Positions 46,399 through 56,311 of a stretch of DNA of 64,000 nt are shown one piece after another. The notes under the pieces were generated by a model, which ran no database searches, was not told where the DNA came from, and saw nothing but the letters and a program-made list of their open reading frames with translations. Both the position numbers and the translations under genes were made by a program. Origin of the DNA: Candidatus Poribacteria bacterium (GTDB taxonomy: Bacteria > Poribacteria > WGA-4E > PCPOR2b); contig OZ242270.1 in assembly GCA_965207095.1 (NCBI GenBank), positions 687,378 to 751,377 of the forward strand, written 5' to 3'. Every line of letters starts with the position of its first letter. Position 1 is the stretch's first letter.

Positions 46399-47692
46399 TA
46401 TATTTGGCGAGGGTATCGCGGAAGGTTGAAGGCTTCATTTTAAGCAGTTTTGCGGCTTGCGTTTTGTTTCCCTTTGCCTTATTCATCGCCCAACCGATGA
46501 GTTCGCGTTCTGTAGATCGTATAATCTCTTGGAAGGAGATTTCACTCAACGTCTCGTCCAAGCTGATGCGTGCTGGCAGTTTCAACTCAAGCGGAATATC
46601 GTCGATTGTAATGGCTGCCCCGTCACCGACTGTTACAAGTCGTTCGATTACGTTTTCTAATTCTCGGACATTGGCGGGCCATGGATAGGCTGTGAGTATC
46701 TTGACAGCTTCGGGAGCGATATGGCTGGGGGTATCAGGCGAGAACAGATCTAGAAAGTGATTGATTAAGAGCGGAATATCCTCGACCCGTTCACGCAATG
46801 GGGGCAGAAAAATCGGGACAACGTTCAAACGGTAGAAGAGATCGTCCCGAAATTCTCCGTTCAGTACCTTCACACGTAAATTCTTGGTCGTCGCAGCAAT
46901 AATTCGCACTTCCTTCCTCTGTGGGTTTCGGTCTAGGCTCAGCTGCTGTCCCTCGAGTACCCGTAGGAGTTTGAATTGGAGTGTATCCGGCAGCGCATCA
47001 ATATCTTTAATGAAAAGTGTCCCTTTATGCTCGAACTCACCTTCCGGCTGCTCGTCTCCAAATAGCTCTTGATCTAACGCTTCGATCGGCGCCCCTAAGC
47101 AGTTCACAATTTTAAAGGGATGATATCGACGCGAGCTATTGAAATGAATCGATTTTCCGACAAGCGTTTTTCCTGTGCCATGTTCTCCATAGATTAACAC
47201 AGTGCTGTTAGTATCAGAGACGTTTTCAAGCAGGTCAAAGAGATCTTGTATCGCTCGACTTTTCCCGATGATATGGTGGTATGGAGAGCGTCCTTTCATG
47301 GGAACTTTGAGCTGTGAGCGCTGTTTACTCTTGCCGTGAAGCATTTTCAGCTTATCCAGCATCTGAATGAGTTCTTCACTGGAAAAGGGTTTCTTGATAT
47401 AGTGATACGCCCCAAATTTCATTGCTTCTACAGCGGTTTCAACGCTCGCATAAGCTGTCATAACAATCACAATGATGTGGGGCTGCTCCTTCTGGACACG
47501 CTTGAGAAATTCAATTCCGTGCATCTTCGGCAACCGTAGATCGGTGACAAGGACATCGAAATGTTCGTTCTGCACAAGCTGTAGTCCAATTGCTGGGGAT
47601 TCGACTGCAATGGTATCGTAGTTTGCTTCCCGCAAATCGTCACGCAGTGTGATTAGTTTGATTTTTTCATCATCAACAACCAGTACTTTCAA
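46373..47692 (-). CDS. Response regulator of the NtrC/bEBP family (REC + AAA+ + HTH) with a degenerate sigma54-interaction region
   Basis: REC domain (VLVVDDE..D..LP). Walker A GEHGTGKT. Walker B region reads TLFIKDI instead of LFLDEI. GAFTGA loop replaced by ..DEQPEGEFEH... C-terminal Fis-type HTH. Confidence 0.7.
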   Translation of the reverse strand: MKVLVVDDEKIKLITLRDDLREANYDTIAVESPAIGLQLVQNEHFDVLVTDLRLPKMHGIEFLKRVQKEQPHIIVIVMTAYASVETAVEAMKFGAYHYIKKPFSSEELIQMLDKLKMLHGKSKQRSQLKVPMKGRSPYHHIIGKSRAIQDLFDLLENVSDTNSTVLIYGEHGTGKTLVGKSIHFNSSRRYHPFKIVNCLGAPIEALDQELFGDEQPEGEFEHKGTLFIKDIDALPDTLQFKLLRVLEGQQLSLDRNPQRKEVRIIAATTKNLRVKVLNGEFRDDLFYRLNVVPIFLPPLRERVEDIPLLINHFLDLFSPDTPSHIAPEAVKILTAYPWPANVRELENVIERLVTVGDGAAITIDDIPLELKLPARISLDETLSEISFQEIIRSTERELIGWAMNKAKGNKTQAAKLLKMKPSTFRDTLAKYIDQIEWQA

Positions 47693-49431
47693 TCCTTCTC
47701 CGCCCCTCTTCTAATCGGTAATTTAATGGTGAACACAGACCCCTGCTCAATCTTACTGTCGAATTCGATGACACCTTCATGTTGTCTGACGATCCGGTTG
47801 GAAACCGAGAGTCCAAGTCCCGTGCCCTTCTCGGTAATTTTCGTAGTATAAAACGGATCGAAAATCCGATCTTGGACGGACTTGGGGATACCAATTCCGG
47901 TGTCCATTACCTGAACAAACGCTGCCGTTTTACCAAGTAGCGCATCAAATTCGATCTCCCCAGTTGTGAAAGTCAATACTCCGCCATCGGGCATAGCCGC
48001 GATTGCGTTTAGAGCAAGGTTGAGGACAACCTGCTCTAGCAGGTGCTTGTCTCCGCGGATGAGATCTAGCTCTTCCCGGAAATGCTTCTTGATCTGGATA
48101 CCTTTTTCATCAGCACTGTAAGCAATAAGGCTGACAACTTCGGTGACAACTTCATTGAGGGAGACTGAAGTGAGAGCCAAGTCACGCTGACGTGAGAAAT
48201 TGAGAAGCTGTCCGACAGTCGATTCAATCCGCCGGAGTGCCTCCTCCATGAGTCCCAAGTACTCTTTGGTCTGTCGCTCGTTCTGCGGATCACGCTTTAT
48301 CCGAAGGATACAGTTGAGTAGACCGTCAAGGGGATTATTGATCTCATGTGCGACTCCTGACGCCAATTCACCTATCGCCGCCATTTTCTCTGATTGGACC
48401 ATTTGCTGTTCCATCCGTTTCCGGTCAGTCACGTCGCGGCTCACCAAAACGGTACCTAAGTGGCTGTCATCCCTGTCACGCACGGCGGCATAAGTGTTTT
48501 CAAAGAATTTGTCCTTAATCTGTAGACTTTGCTGTTCAATCACCGCGTGTCCCTTTGATAGATCTTCTGCGATTTGTAGGAGAACGCCGTCAGCCTCTGG
48601 GGATTGAATAGCCTCTGTATCAAGTCCAAATTGCTCTTTTTGGATCTGCTGCCCTGCTTTGTTAAAGAGCGACACATGGTTTTTATCGTCGACAAAGATT
48701 ACTCCCTCTTGCATACACTCAATAATTGACGTGAGTTTGTTTCGCTCGAAAAGCACCGCACCTCTTGCCTCTTCCAACTCAACTACCTTTTCTTCGAGAT
48801 TGTCTTTCAACTCGCGGGTTTCCGCCTCACGGGCCCTCACGGTATCCATAATCGATGTTGCTAGATACACGGAGAAAAACAGGGTACTGGTGAACACGAA
48901 CAGCACACTTGAAATGTAAATCGGATTACGCCATAGCGCTTCGGGCAGAAAATTCTGGAGATGGAAATGAGGCAGAACGTAGTAATACTCAAGGAGAATA
49001 AGAGCGCTTAGGAGGATTGTGTTGAGTGTAGCGAGGATGTAACTAACTTTTTTGGAGAGGAGTATGCTTGCAATAACGAGATGAAAGATAAAGTAGAAAA
49101 TAAATGGATTCTCGACACCACCGCTAAAATGGATGAGTGCTGTCAACGAGAACAGATCCAGGATAATATGCCTGCCGGCATGCCGTTGAATTGATAGAAG
49201 TGGTTTCTCTGTAAGATGTCTGGGATAGATTTGTGGCTCAAAGTTGTAGAGCGTCATCAGTGCCGCAATGATATATAGCGGCGTGGGATTGTCAATAATA
49301 TGGAGGCCCCAACTTGCAATGCTTACAGTCAGCAAAACACCCGTTATGGCAATCCAGCGGAGATTGACAAGCCAGCGGATTCGCTTGATTAACTCAATTT
49401 TAAGCGGTAAATTTGTTGAATTTGCAACCAT
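47689..49431 (-). CDS. Membrane sensor histidine kinase (multi-TM N-terminus, PAS, HisKA, HATPase_c)
   Basis: H-box HEINNPL. G-box GTGLGLS. Six N-terminal TM helices. 4-nt overlap with the regulator gene. Confidence 0.85.
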   Translation of the reverse strand: MVANSTNLPLKIELIKRIRWLVNLRWIAITGVLLTVSIASWGLHIIDNPTPLYIIAALMTLYNFEPQIYPRHLTEKPLLSIQRHAGRHIILDLFSLTALIHFSGGVENPFIFYFIFHLVIASILLSKKVSYILATLNTILLSALILLEYYYVLPHFHLQNFLPEALWRNPIYISSVLFVFTSTLFFSVYLATSIMDTVRAREAETRELKDNLEEKVVELEEARGAVLFERNKLTSIIECMQEGVIFVDDKNHVSLFNKAGQQIQKEQFGLDTEAIQSPEADGVLLQIAEDLSKGHAVIEQQSLQIKDKFFENTYAAVRDRDDSHLGTVLVSRDVTDRKRMEQQMVQSEKMAAIGELASGVAHEINNPLDGLLNCILRIKRDPQNERQTKEYLGLMEEALRRIESTVGQLLNFSRQRDLALTSVSLNEVVTEVVSLIAYSADEKGIQIKKHFREELDLIRGDKHLLEQVVLNLALNAIAAMPDGGVLTFTTGEIEFDALLGKTAAFVQVMDTGIGIPKSVQDRIFDPFYTTKITEKGTGLGLSVSNRIVRQHEGVIEFDSKIEQGSVFTIKLPIRRGAEKD

Positions 49432-49475
49432 GTCGATATAACCAACTGATGCCCCCTAAAGCAGCGTATCGATTG

Positions 49476-49763
49476 CTATTTCTGAAACTGGATTTCCCCA
49501 TGCACCTCAATTGAATCGACAATCGCCATGATCACCGCATCAACAGGCTTATTCTTAGTGGCATCGGTTTGACGGGCAGAGCTTCCTGCTGCGGTGAGCA
49601 CCAACTCGCCGACGCCTGCACCAACGGCATCAACAGCAACCGTATATCGACTGAGGAGCGTTCCATTCAGCTCGGTATCCTGCACAATCAGCAACTTACT
49701 ACCGATCAGTTTTTCATCTTTTCGTGTGGCAACAACCGTACCCACAACTTTTCCAACCGTCAT
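49476..49763 (-). CDS. EutN/CcmL/PduN-family bacterial microcompartment vertex (pentamer) protein, orphan
   Basis: MTVGKVVGTVVATRKDEKLIGSKLLIVQ...AVDAVGAGVGELVLTAAGSSAR...PVDAVIMAIVDSIE aligns along its length with CcmL/EutN. Start taken at the internal Met. Confidence 0.7.
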   Translation of the reverse strand: MTVGKVVGTVVATRKDEKLIGSKLLIVQDTELNGTLLSRYTVAVDAVGAGVGELVLTAAGSSARQTDATKNKPVDAVIMAIVDSIEVHGEIQFQK

Positions 49764-49920
49764 ACGAAATCGTTCCCTGTCTGTTTTTAGGCCGAGAAAC
49801 ACGAACCGCGTGGGGCATAATGCACCGTCAAAACCCTATTGACAAAGTTATTTAACTATAGGTATATTAAACCGAAGTTATCGAAAAGTCAAGATTTTAT
49901 TCCAAGGCTATCAAAAGCCC

Positions 49921-51144
49921 ATGAACTCTAGGGGGAAAGCTGTGTCAGATAAAGTTCGTTTAGCAGTCATTGGCTGTGGTGGAATCGCAAACGCGCACCT
50001 GCAAGGCTATCAAGCATTGGTGGACAAAGGGGTTGACACCTTTTCAATCGACGCAACGTGTGATGTGCGCCAGGAAGCGGCGCAAGATTACGCAGAACGG
50101 GTTGCAGAATTGCAGGGAACCTTGCCCCGTGTTTACGACGACGTTGAGGAAATGCTAAAAGCAGAAGATTTGAACGGCGCGGATATCTGTACATCGCATG
50201 CTTATCACCATATCTCCGCCATCCCGTGCCTTGAATCGGGCGTCGATATTATGACGGAAAAACCGTTTGGAGTAACCATCAAAGCAAGCCAGAAGATGAT
50301 TGAAGTCGCAGAGAAGCATGGACGACTTACCGCTACAGCAGAGAATTGTCGCAGGACTCCCGGACAACGAACTGTCAGATGGGCTCTCAACGAGGGAGGC
50401 ATCGTCGGGGTGCCCCGGATGTTCTTCGCACAATCTGCGGCTTGGAACGATCCGGCGACTATCGGGGAATGGCATTGGCGGTTGGGCAAAGAGTTTAGCG
50501 GTGGTGGTATGGTGATGGACAGCGGCGCACATATGATGGACACGATCCGCTACTTCTTCGGCGATGTCGAAAAGGTGTATGCTGAGGTCCGTCAGATTGA
50601 TGGACGATTCGCCAATCACGCCGAGCAAGGGAAGATACCCAGTTGCCATGAAGATACTTGGGTAGCGATCATCACGTTCAAGAGTGGTGTTGTCGGAACG
50701 TGGAGCTGGACGGTTGCTGCACCGTGTGCTAATCACCTAAATGTCGCTTTCTATGGTGCTGAAGGTGTCATCCGCGATAACGGTGATGTCTTTCATCCGT
50801 TTACAGCTAAGGATCGGGGCGAAGCGGAGCGGCTTGATGGGACAAAATACAGCATGCGGGAACTCCGTGAGATGTACCTTGAAACGTTAAGCGATGAAGA
50901 GGAAGCACGACTTTTCCCGCATGGGCTTGAGGACGGTTTCGCGTTAGAGATCTACGACTTTATCGATGCAATCAAGAATCGGCGCTCACCGGAAGTAGAC
51001 GGTTGGACCGGTTTGCAAGCCAAAGCCATCTCAATTGCGATTTATGAGTCAGGATATTCTGGAGAGGTGGTGACTATCGCTGATGTGCTTGACGGAAAGG
51101 TCAGCGGATACCAACAAGAGATCGATGATCACTGGGGGCTTTAA
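49921..51144 (+). CDS. Gfo/Idh/MocA family oxidoreductase
   Basis: Rossmann motif LAVIGCGGIANAH. Confidence 0.7.
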   Translation: MNSRGKAVSDKVRLAVIGCGGIANAHLQGYQALVDKGVDTFSIDATCDVRQEAAQDYAERVAELQGTLPRVYDDVEEMLKAEDLNGADICTSHAYHHISAIPCLESGVDIMTEKPFGVTIKASQKMIEVAEKHGRLTATAENCRRTPGQRTVRWALNEGGIVGVPRMFFAQSAAWNDPATIGEWHWRLGKEFSGGGMVMDSGAHMMDTIRYFFGDVEKVYAEVRQIDGRFANHAEQGKIPSCHEDTWVAIITFKSGVVGTWSWTVAAPCANHLNVAFYGAEGVIRDNGDVFHPFTAKDRGEAERLDGTKYSMRELREMYLETLSDEEEARLFPHGLEDGFALEIYDFIDAIKNRRSPEVDGWTGLQAKAISIAIYESGYSGEVVTIADVLDGKVSGYQQEIDDHWGL

Positions 51145-51211
51145 GCGGAATGGGAAATTATGGGGATAAGCCTGGATTTGCGGATATAGCCGATGTTCGA
51201 GTCAACCACTA

Positions 51212-52864
51212 TTACCTAAGAACGGTATCCAATCTGCGAAGATCCGTATTTTTTAGGTCAGCGTTCGCTTTGTACTGGTAGTATCCTTCGAGCACTTTAC
51301 TAACATGTCGTTCTGCTGAACGACTGAGTTTCCCGTTTTTCCGCACGTTTCCGGGACCCACGTTATAGGCGGCAAGTGCAAGACTGTAATCTCTATCATA
51401 CCTTTCAAGCATTTGGTGCAGATATTTGATTCCTGCCTCCAAGTTTTTAAGCGGGTGAAAACGTTCATCGACACTGGGATTTGGTGTCGGCTTTCTTACG
51501 TTCTCATAGGAAGGAACTTGGAGGCCGAGCCCCCGTGCTGTCGGTGGCATTAGCTGTAAGAGTCCAACGGCACCATTGCGGGAAATTGCTTTGGGATTGA
51601 AAGTTGACTCCCTCTTAACCAAAGCGAGGATAAGTTCAACCTCAACATCGTATTGCTCAGCAAGCCGCTTAGTTGGAGATTTCGCATCTTTCGCATCGTT
51701 GCTAGCCTGCTTCGTCCTGTCGGCACCCCGTTCGGAGGATTTCTCTGCCTTAGTTTGTTCTCTTCCCTTCACGGGAACCTTCTTTTTCCACACGACAGAA
51801 GTTTCTGTCTTCGTGGAACCCTTCCCACTCTTCACGGGGGTTTCCCCTGTCTTTATTAACGTTTCCTTTCTCTCCGTAAGAGTGCCCTTTTTACTCACGG
51901 AACCCGAGGCTGTCTGGCCGGATACATCAAATGTCAAACCAACGGCAAGAAGATGCTTATATGCCACGTGTGGCTGCCGCAAGTAGGCATAGTGGAAATG
52001 TTTACCAGAGAGATCAACGGAAAATCCTAAACTCCAGTTAGGTTCTGGCTGCCTCCCGATGAGGTCGACTGCCGTGCCTAACCGGAATGCAAATCCGTAC
52101 GCGCCCGTTTCAGCACCTACTCTCAGCTGCCACAACGCTGTATCCAAAACACTGTTGAACTGAAGCAACTGAACAGGCCTCCACGCTAATCCAACGGCAA
52201 ATGTTTGATCGAATCGCTTTAGGAGCCTGCCCTCCTGGTCTGGAATGGTCACTCCAGATATGTCTATCAATCTTGCGCCAAGGATCAGGTGCGAGGGCAG
52301 TTTTACAATAGCACCAAGGTCGTAACTTGGCGTCCACTGGCTGTCAGGGTTAGGCGCACGATTGTATCCAAGATTTCCGCCAAACTGGAATCGGCTCCCC
52401 ATGGATCGGGCATAAGACAGCAAGAATTGATTATAACCCCGCTCGAATGTTCCAACCGGGTTGTTTGGATGGTCGTGGAAGAAGCGATCTTCGCCGTTCA
52501 GATCTAACGCACTGAATCCAAGCGTTCCCACATAATGGATCGGATACCCCAACGAAACTGCGCCTTGGGATAGGTCGTAAACCAAACTTCCGTGCTGGAG
52601 GCTTGCAAGTCCCGCTGGATTCCAGAGGGCTCCCGCTGAGTCATCGGCACTGCTGATGAACGCCCCGCTCATACCAAGAGCCCTTGCACCAACCACCGGA
52701 CGAAGGGAAGCCGAGGCAATCGAGATACACAGAAGCCAAAGCACCGCACCTCCAACGCAGAGTTGAAGCCAACGGTCACGGGGCTCGTATGTCGTCCGCA
52801 GAAAACGGACTTTTTTCTTTTTATCGGATTTCAAAATGCAGGCGGGGACATGTTGAACCGCCAT
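51212..52864 (-). CDS. Lytic transglycosylase (SLT) domain protein with a large N-terminal beta-rich (outer-membrane-barrel-like) domain
   Basis: C-terminal SLT motif ELILALVKRESTFNPKAISRNGAVGLLQLMP. Lys-rich linker. N-terminal signal/TM. Confidence 0.65.
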   Translation of the reverse strand: MAVQHVPACILKSDKKKKVRFLRTTYEPRDRWLQLCVGGAVLWLLCISIASASLRPVVGARALGMSGAFISSADDSAGALWNPAGLASLQHGSLVYDLSQGAVSLGYPIHYVGTLGFSALDLNGEDRFFHDHPNNPVGTFERGYNQFLLSYARSMGSRFQFGGNLGYNRAPNPDSQWTPSYDLGAIVKLPSHLILGARLIDISGVTIPDQEGRLLKRFDQTFAVGLAWRPVQLLQFNSVLDTALWQLRVGAETGAYGFAFRLGTAVDLIGRQPEPNWSLGFSVDLSGKHFHYAYLRQPHVAYKHLLAVGLTFDVSGQTASGSVSKKGTLTERKETLIKTGETPVKSGKGSTKTETSVVWKKKVPVKGREQTKAEKSSERGADRTKQASNDAKDAKSPTKRLAEQYDVEVELILALVKRESTFNPKAISRNGAVGLLQLMPPTARGLGLQVPSYENVRKPTPNPSVDERFHPLKNLEAGIKYLHQMLERYDRDYSLALAAYNVGPGNVRKNGKLSRSAERHVSKVLEGYYQYKANADLKNTDLRRLDTVLR

Positions 52865-52959
52865 TCCTCCCCAACGAACTGATCAGGTACTCTGTTATTT
52901 AATATTAACCCCGAATCAGCGAAAAAAATTTAGCTATGACAAAGCAGGCTCACTGGCTG

Positions 52960-53445
52960 TCAATTGGCAACGGTGAGTAGTATGGTTTTGGTTGATGTTA
53001 AGACCTCAGTGTCGGTATCGACTCCTGACGATTCCACCGAAACCACTTGGCTAATTGCCGTAACAACAAGCTGGAGCACTTCGACCTTGATCGCGCTATC
53101 CGGCTTTCCGGGAGCAGACCAAATCGCCTTATTTTGACCCGTGGGGGTCAATGTGCCATAACCGGTTGTGTTGATCCAACTAAAAATGATGTTTGTACTT
53201 CGAAGTTCGTCAACAGTTGCCGTCAGGTTCACTGTCTCACCAGCCTGAACAGTATCTTTGCTTACATCGACATTGACCTTAAGCGATTGGTTTTCCACGT
53301 CTGTTTGTGTAACCGTGGTGTCGGTTTCTTCGGATTCTTGCAGCGGGTTTTCAACAGAACTCCCTCCACAACCGAGTAAACATAAGGCAATGGTGAGTAC
53401 AACCGTGCGTGACAGCACTGGCATTATATGCAAGATTTTGATCAT
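52960..53445 (-). CDS. Lipoprotein (signal peptide + lipobox LLGCGGSS), beta-rich
   Basis: Lipobox and T/V-rich Ig-like composition. Confidence 0.4.
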   Translation of the reverse strand: MIKILHIMPVLSRTVVLTIALCLLGCGGSSVENPLQESEETDTTVTQTDVENQSLKVNVDVSKDTVQAGETVNLTATVDELRSTNIIFSWINTTGYGTLTPTGQNKAIWSAPGKPDSAIKVEVLQLVVTAISQVVSVESSGVDTDTEVLTSTKTILLTVAN

Positions 53446-53579
53446 CGTCTTTATCCTTTAGGTTGAACTTGTTGGATGTATTCAGCCGAAGCTGACTTGC
53501 AAGATTTTTCCAATAACAAAAACGTACAGGTGAATACGCGGTTTCAGTCAATCGGTGATAACGATTTAATCGAAAATGG

Positions 53580-54704
53580 TTAGAGTTTCGGATATTTGGG
53601 AACGTTTTTATAATGTCTCCAATTCTCAGCGTAGATCTTCCAAAGACCGTCGGCGGGATCCACCATAAAGACCAACTCTTTCTTACCGTAATCTGAGTAA
53701 GCCGGTTGACTGCCAGAAGCGCGGGTGCCGACAAATTCTTGGAAGAAATTGATATCCGCTACCGCATTATCCCCATTGATTTGCAGTTGAAAAATGTTCA
53801 CTCTAATTCTGATATACGCTGCATTAAGGGATTTCATCTTCTCGCGCAACTGTTTTTTGTTCAATCGAGTTGCGTGTTCTCGTCCCTTGGCAATAGTAAC
53901 CCTTGTGATCTCAGCGTCCTCTGCATACTTAGACATATAGGTTTTAAGATTCTTGCCCTGCCAAGCCTGCTGCCACTCCCCCAAAACTTGACTCAATTTA
54001 AGCTGAGTATCAAGCGGTGTCTCACCGACAATCGGCGAGGACTTTTCCGGTACGGCGGTTCGAAACGGTGTAACAACCCTACTGGGAAGAACTGGAGCAT
54101 CAAGAGGCTCCGACGGAGGACTTTCAGGGATTGGATTGGCAGATTTCGCAACGACTTCTTCATCGTGAACGATATATTCCTCGGTGGTTTCGGGATAGTT
54201 CAAGTCATCGTGAATTCTGTCATCCATCAGCTTCCAACGTTGTAGGAACCCCCTCTTTTCAACGGTTATATCCCGATAGATTACAACTAAAACCTTGCCA
54301 TCCTGATAGAGTGTCACAGGGATGCGTTCAATCTGCTGCCGATTCGGGTTCTTGGGATCTGTGTGAGGACGGAGTCCAGCTATATTCACTTCAACCTTTT
54401 CTCTGCTGAAAAGCTTCAGTGCGCGTTCATACCGACTTCGATTTTTGATCCGGGCGGTCGAATCCCAGAGCTGCTGATACAGCATCGGTTGTTTTGATTC
54501 TACAGCTTCCTTCCACTGCTGAAGGAAAGGTTCAAGCGCTCCAGTTGTTTCAATAATCTGTAGTCCGAGTACCATTGCCGAGAGGATGACAGCTGCCCCA
54601 ATAATACCGATAACACCAAAGAGGATGTTGGGATTTTGAAGTGCGGTGGTAAATTCATTCTTACCGGACCGCGCCACTTGTCTAGCGGAATGATGTGCTT
54701 GCAT
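53580..54704 (-). CDS. Membrane-anchored protein with C-terminal NTF2/SnoaL-like (DUF4440-type) domain
   Basis: N-terminal TM. C-terminal LGEWQQAWQGKNLKTYMSKYAEDAE...WKIYAENWRHY pattern. Paralogous to the 54717-56066 C-terminus. Confidence 0.45.
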   Translation of the reverse strand: MQAHHSARQVARSGKNEFTTALQNPNILFGVIGIIGAAVILSAMVLGLQIIETTGALEPFLQQWKEAVESKQPMLYQQLWDSTARIKNRSRYERALKLFSREKVEVNIAGLRPHTDPKNPNRQQIERIPVTLYQDGKVLVVIYRDITVEKRGFLQRWKLMDDRIHDDLNYPETTEEYIVHDEEVVAKSANPIPESPPSEPLDAPVLPSRVVTPFRTAVPEKSSPIVGETPLDTQLKLSQVLGEWQQAWQGKNLKTYMSKYAEDAEITRVTIAKGREHATRLNKKQLREKMKSLNAAYIRIRVNIFQLQINGDNAVADINFFQEFVGTRASGSQPAYSDYGKKELVFMVDPADGLWKIYAENWRHYKNVPKYPKL

Positions 54705-54716
54705 CTACCTACCCCC

Positions 54717-56066
54717 TCAATTAAGCGTAGTCCCGTACCTCGGAACAGCTTCGTAAATCCGCCAACTCTCACGGAAAATCTTCCATTCAGCCCCAACTCG
54801 ACGCACCCATACCTCCCGCGTCCACAAATCGTGTAGTTCAGGAATTTCACCGCTTATCGCACCCCGTGAAAGACGACTGAACCGATAGGTAGCAATGACA
54901 CTCTGTCCGTCCGCATCAAATCTGGAGTCCGTTTCCCGCCATTCGGCACTCACCATTTTTTTCAAAGCATCGGCCATCTGCAGACGGTTAAGATTGGTTT
55001 GCTTCTCATTGCTAGAGCGAATAACGGTCTGGTCTAGCATCGTATCTTGGGTATACGCTCTCAAGTGCTGGCGCATATCTTTTGTTGCCCATGCAAGAGC
55101 CCAAGCGCTAATAGCCGCTCTACCGCTTGCAATCTGCACATCAGTCAGTGAAGTACTGTTAGTCCGAACCGGTTGTTTTTTGTGCTGCTGCCGAACATAA
55201 GCCTTTGCTTCCTGTTTTTTTCGGGCGAGCTTAGTTTCCCGTTGTTTTAATACATTGGATTGATCTAACTGTTCGATATGTGTTGAATAGCTTTGCGCTT
55301 GTGTGACTGCTTTCGTTCGCGCTTCTGCCGCAGCCTTGCGAGCTTTCTCTACCAACGATTGGGCATCTGCCAGTTCACGACGCAGTTGATGAATCTGACG
55401 CTCATGTTTTTCGACACGGCTCTGCGCTTGGAGAAGTTGTGTTTGCGTCGAATCCAACTTTGATTGAAAGCCCGCGGATTCTGTTTTGGCGTTATTATAA
55501 TTGTCCAATATCTCCCGGTGTGCTCGTTCAGCCTTTTGGAGTTTCTCTCCCATATCTGCTTGCAATTGATCCTTTTGCACATCCAATTGCTGAGCGTCCG
55601 CTTGAGATTTTTCGAGTGCCCCATCTACTGTTCTTAGATCTGCCTGGAGCGTAACGATCTCCGCTTCCTTACGCTTAATGATGGCAGTGAACCCACTCCC
55701 CTGCGATCTATACATCGCCTCTTGTTCAGCAATTTGTGCTTGAGTCAAGGCGTTATAGGCTAGGTGCATCGCACGAAGTCCCTCCTTCGCCCCCACAGCT
55801 TCCTTCGCACTTGCAAGGTCATTTTCCGCCAGCTGCAAGGTGTCTGAAGCCAGATCTTGAGCGTTCGCAAGACGCGCTTGTTCGATGGCCGTTTCAGATT
55901 GTGTGATAACGGCATTGATATTTTCTAACTGAATCTTCCCAAGGGAACCGCTGCAGGCAGTGAGGAACATCGGCAGAAGGCATATCCATATATGCCGGAA
56001 ACAATTCTTTTCCCGAGTTCGAAGCAATCTCTGTTTTCCCACGCTTTTGTCTCTGAGCGATCTCAT
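54717..56066 (-). CDS. Coiled-coil lipoprotein with C-terminal NTF2/SnoaL-like domain (paralog of 53580-54704)
   Basis: Lipobox LTACSGS. About 250 aa of Q/A/E-rich coiled coil. C-terminal ISAWALAWATKDMRQHLRAY...WKIFRESWRIY. Confidence 0.45.
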   Translation of the reverse strand: MRSLRDKSVGKQRLLRTREKNCFRHIWICLLPMFLTACSGSLGKIQLENINAVITQSETAIEQARLANAQDLASDTLQLAENDLASAKEAVGAKEGLRAMHLAYNALTQAQIAEQEAMYRSQGSGFTAIIKRKEAEIVTLQADLRTVDGALEKSQADAQQLDVQKDQLQADMGEKLQKAERAHREILDNYNNAKTESAGFQSKLDSTQTQLLQAQSRVEKHERQIHQLRRELADAQSLVEKARKAAAEARTKAVTQAQSYSTHIEQLDQSNVLKQRETKLARKKQEAKAYVRQQHKKQPVRTNSTSLTDVQIASGRAAISAWALAWATKDMRQHLRAYTQDTMLDQTVIRSSNEKQTNLNRLQMADALKKMVSAEWRETDSRFDADGQSVIATYRFSRLSRGAISGEIPELHDLWTREVWVRRVGAEWKIFRESWRIYEAVPRYGTTLN

Positions 56067-56311
56067 TTTTTTTAGCTCCTGAGTGCGATTGCTGATTCAG
56101 ATTAATCTTTCCCACCGTTCGGCAACTACATGCCCTAATTCAGTAATTTTCTACTCTTTAGCGATTCTCAGTTACAGTTCGATAAGGCTTCAGACAATTA
56201 GTTAATAAAAACGAATAAAGTGAGCGAAAGGTTGCAATTTGAATAGATTACAATCTAATATGTAACGTGATTATCGCCGATTTGGTTCCTTTTTTCTATA
56301 TCACATATCCC

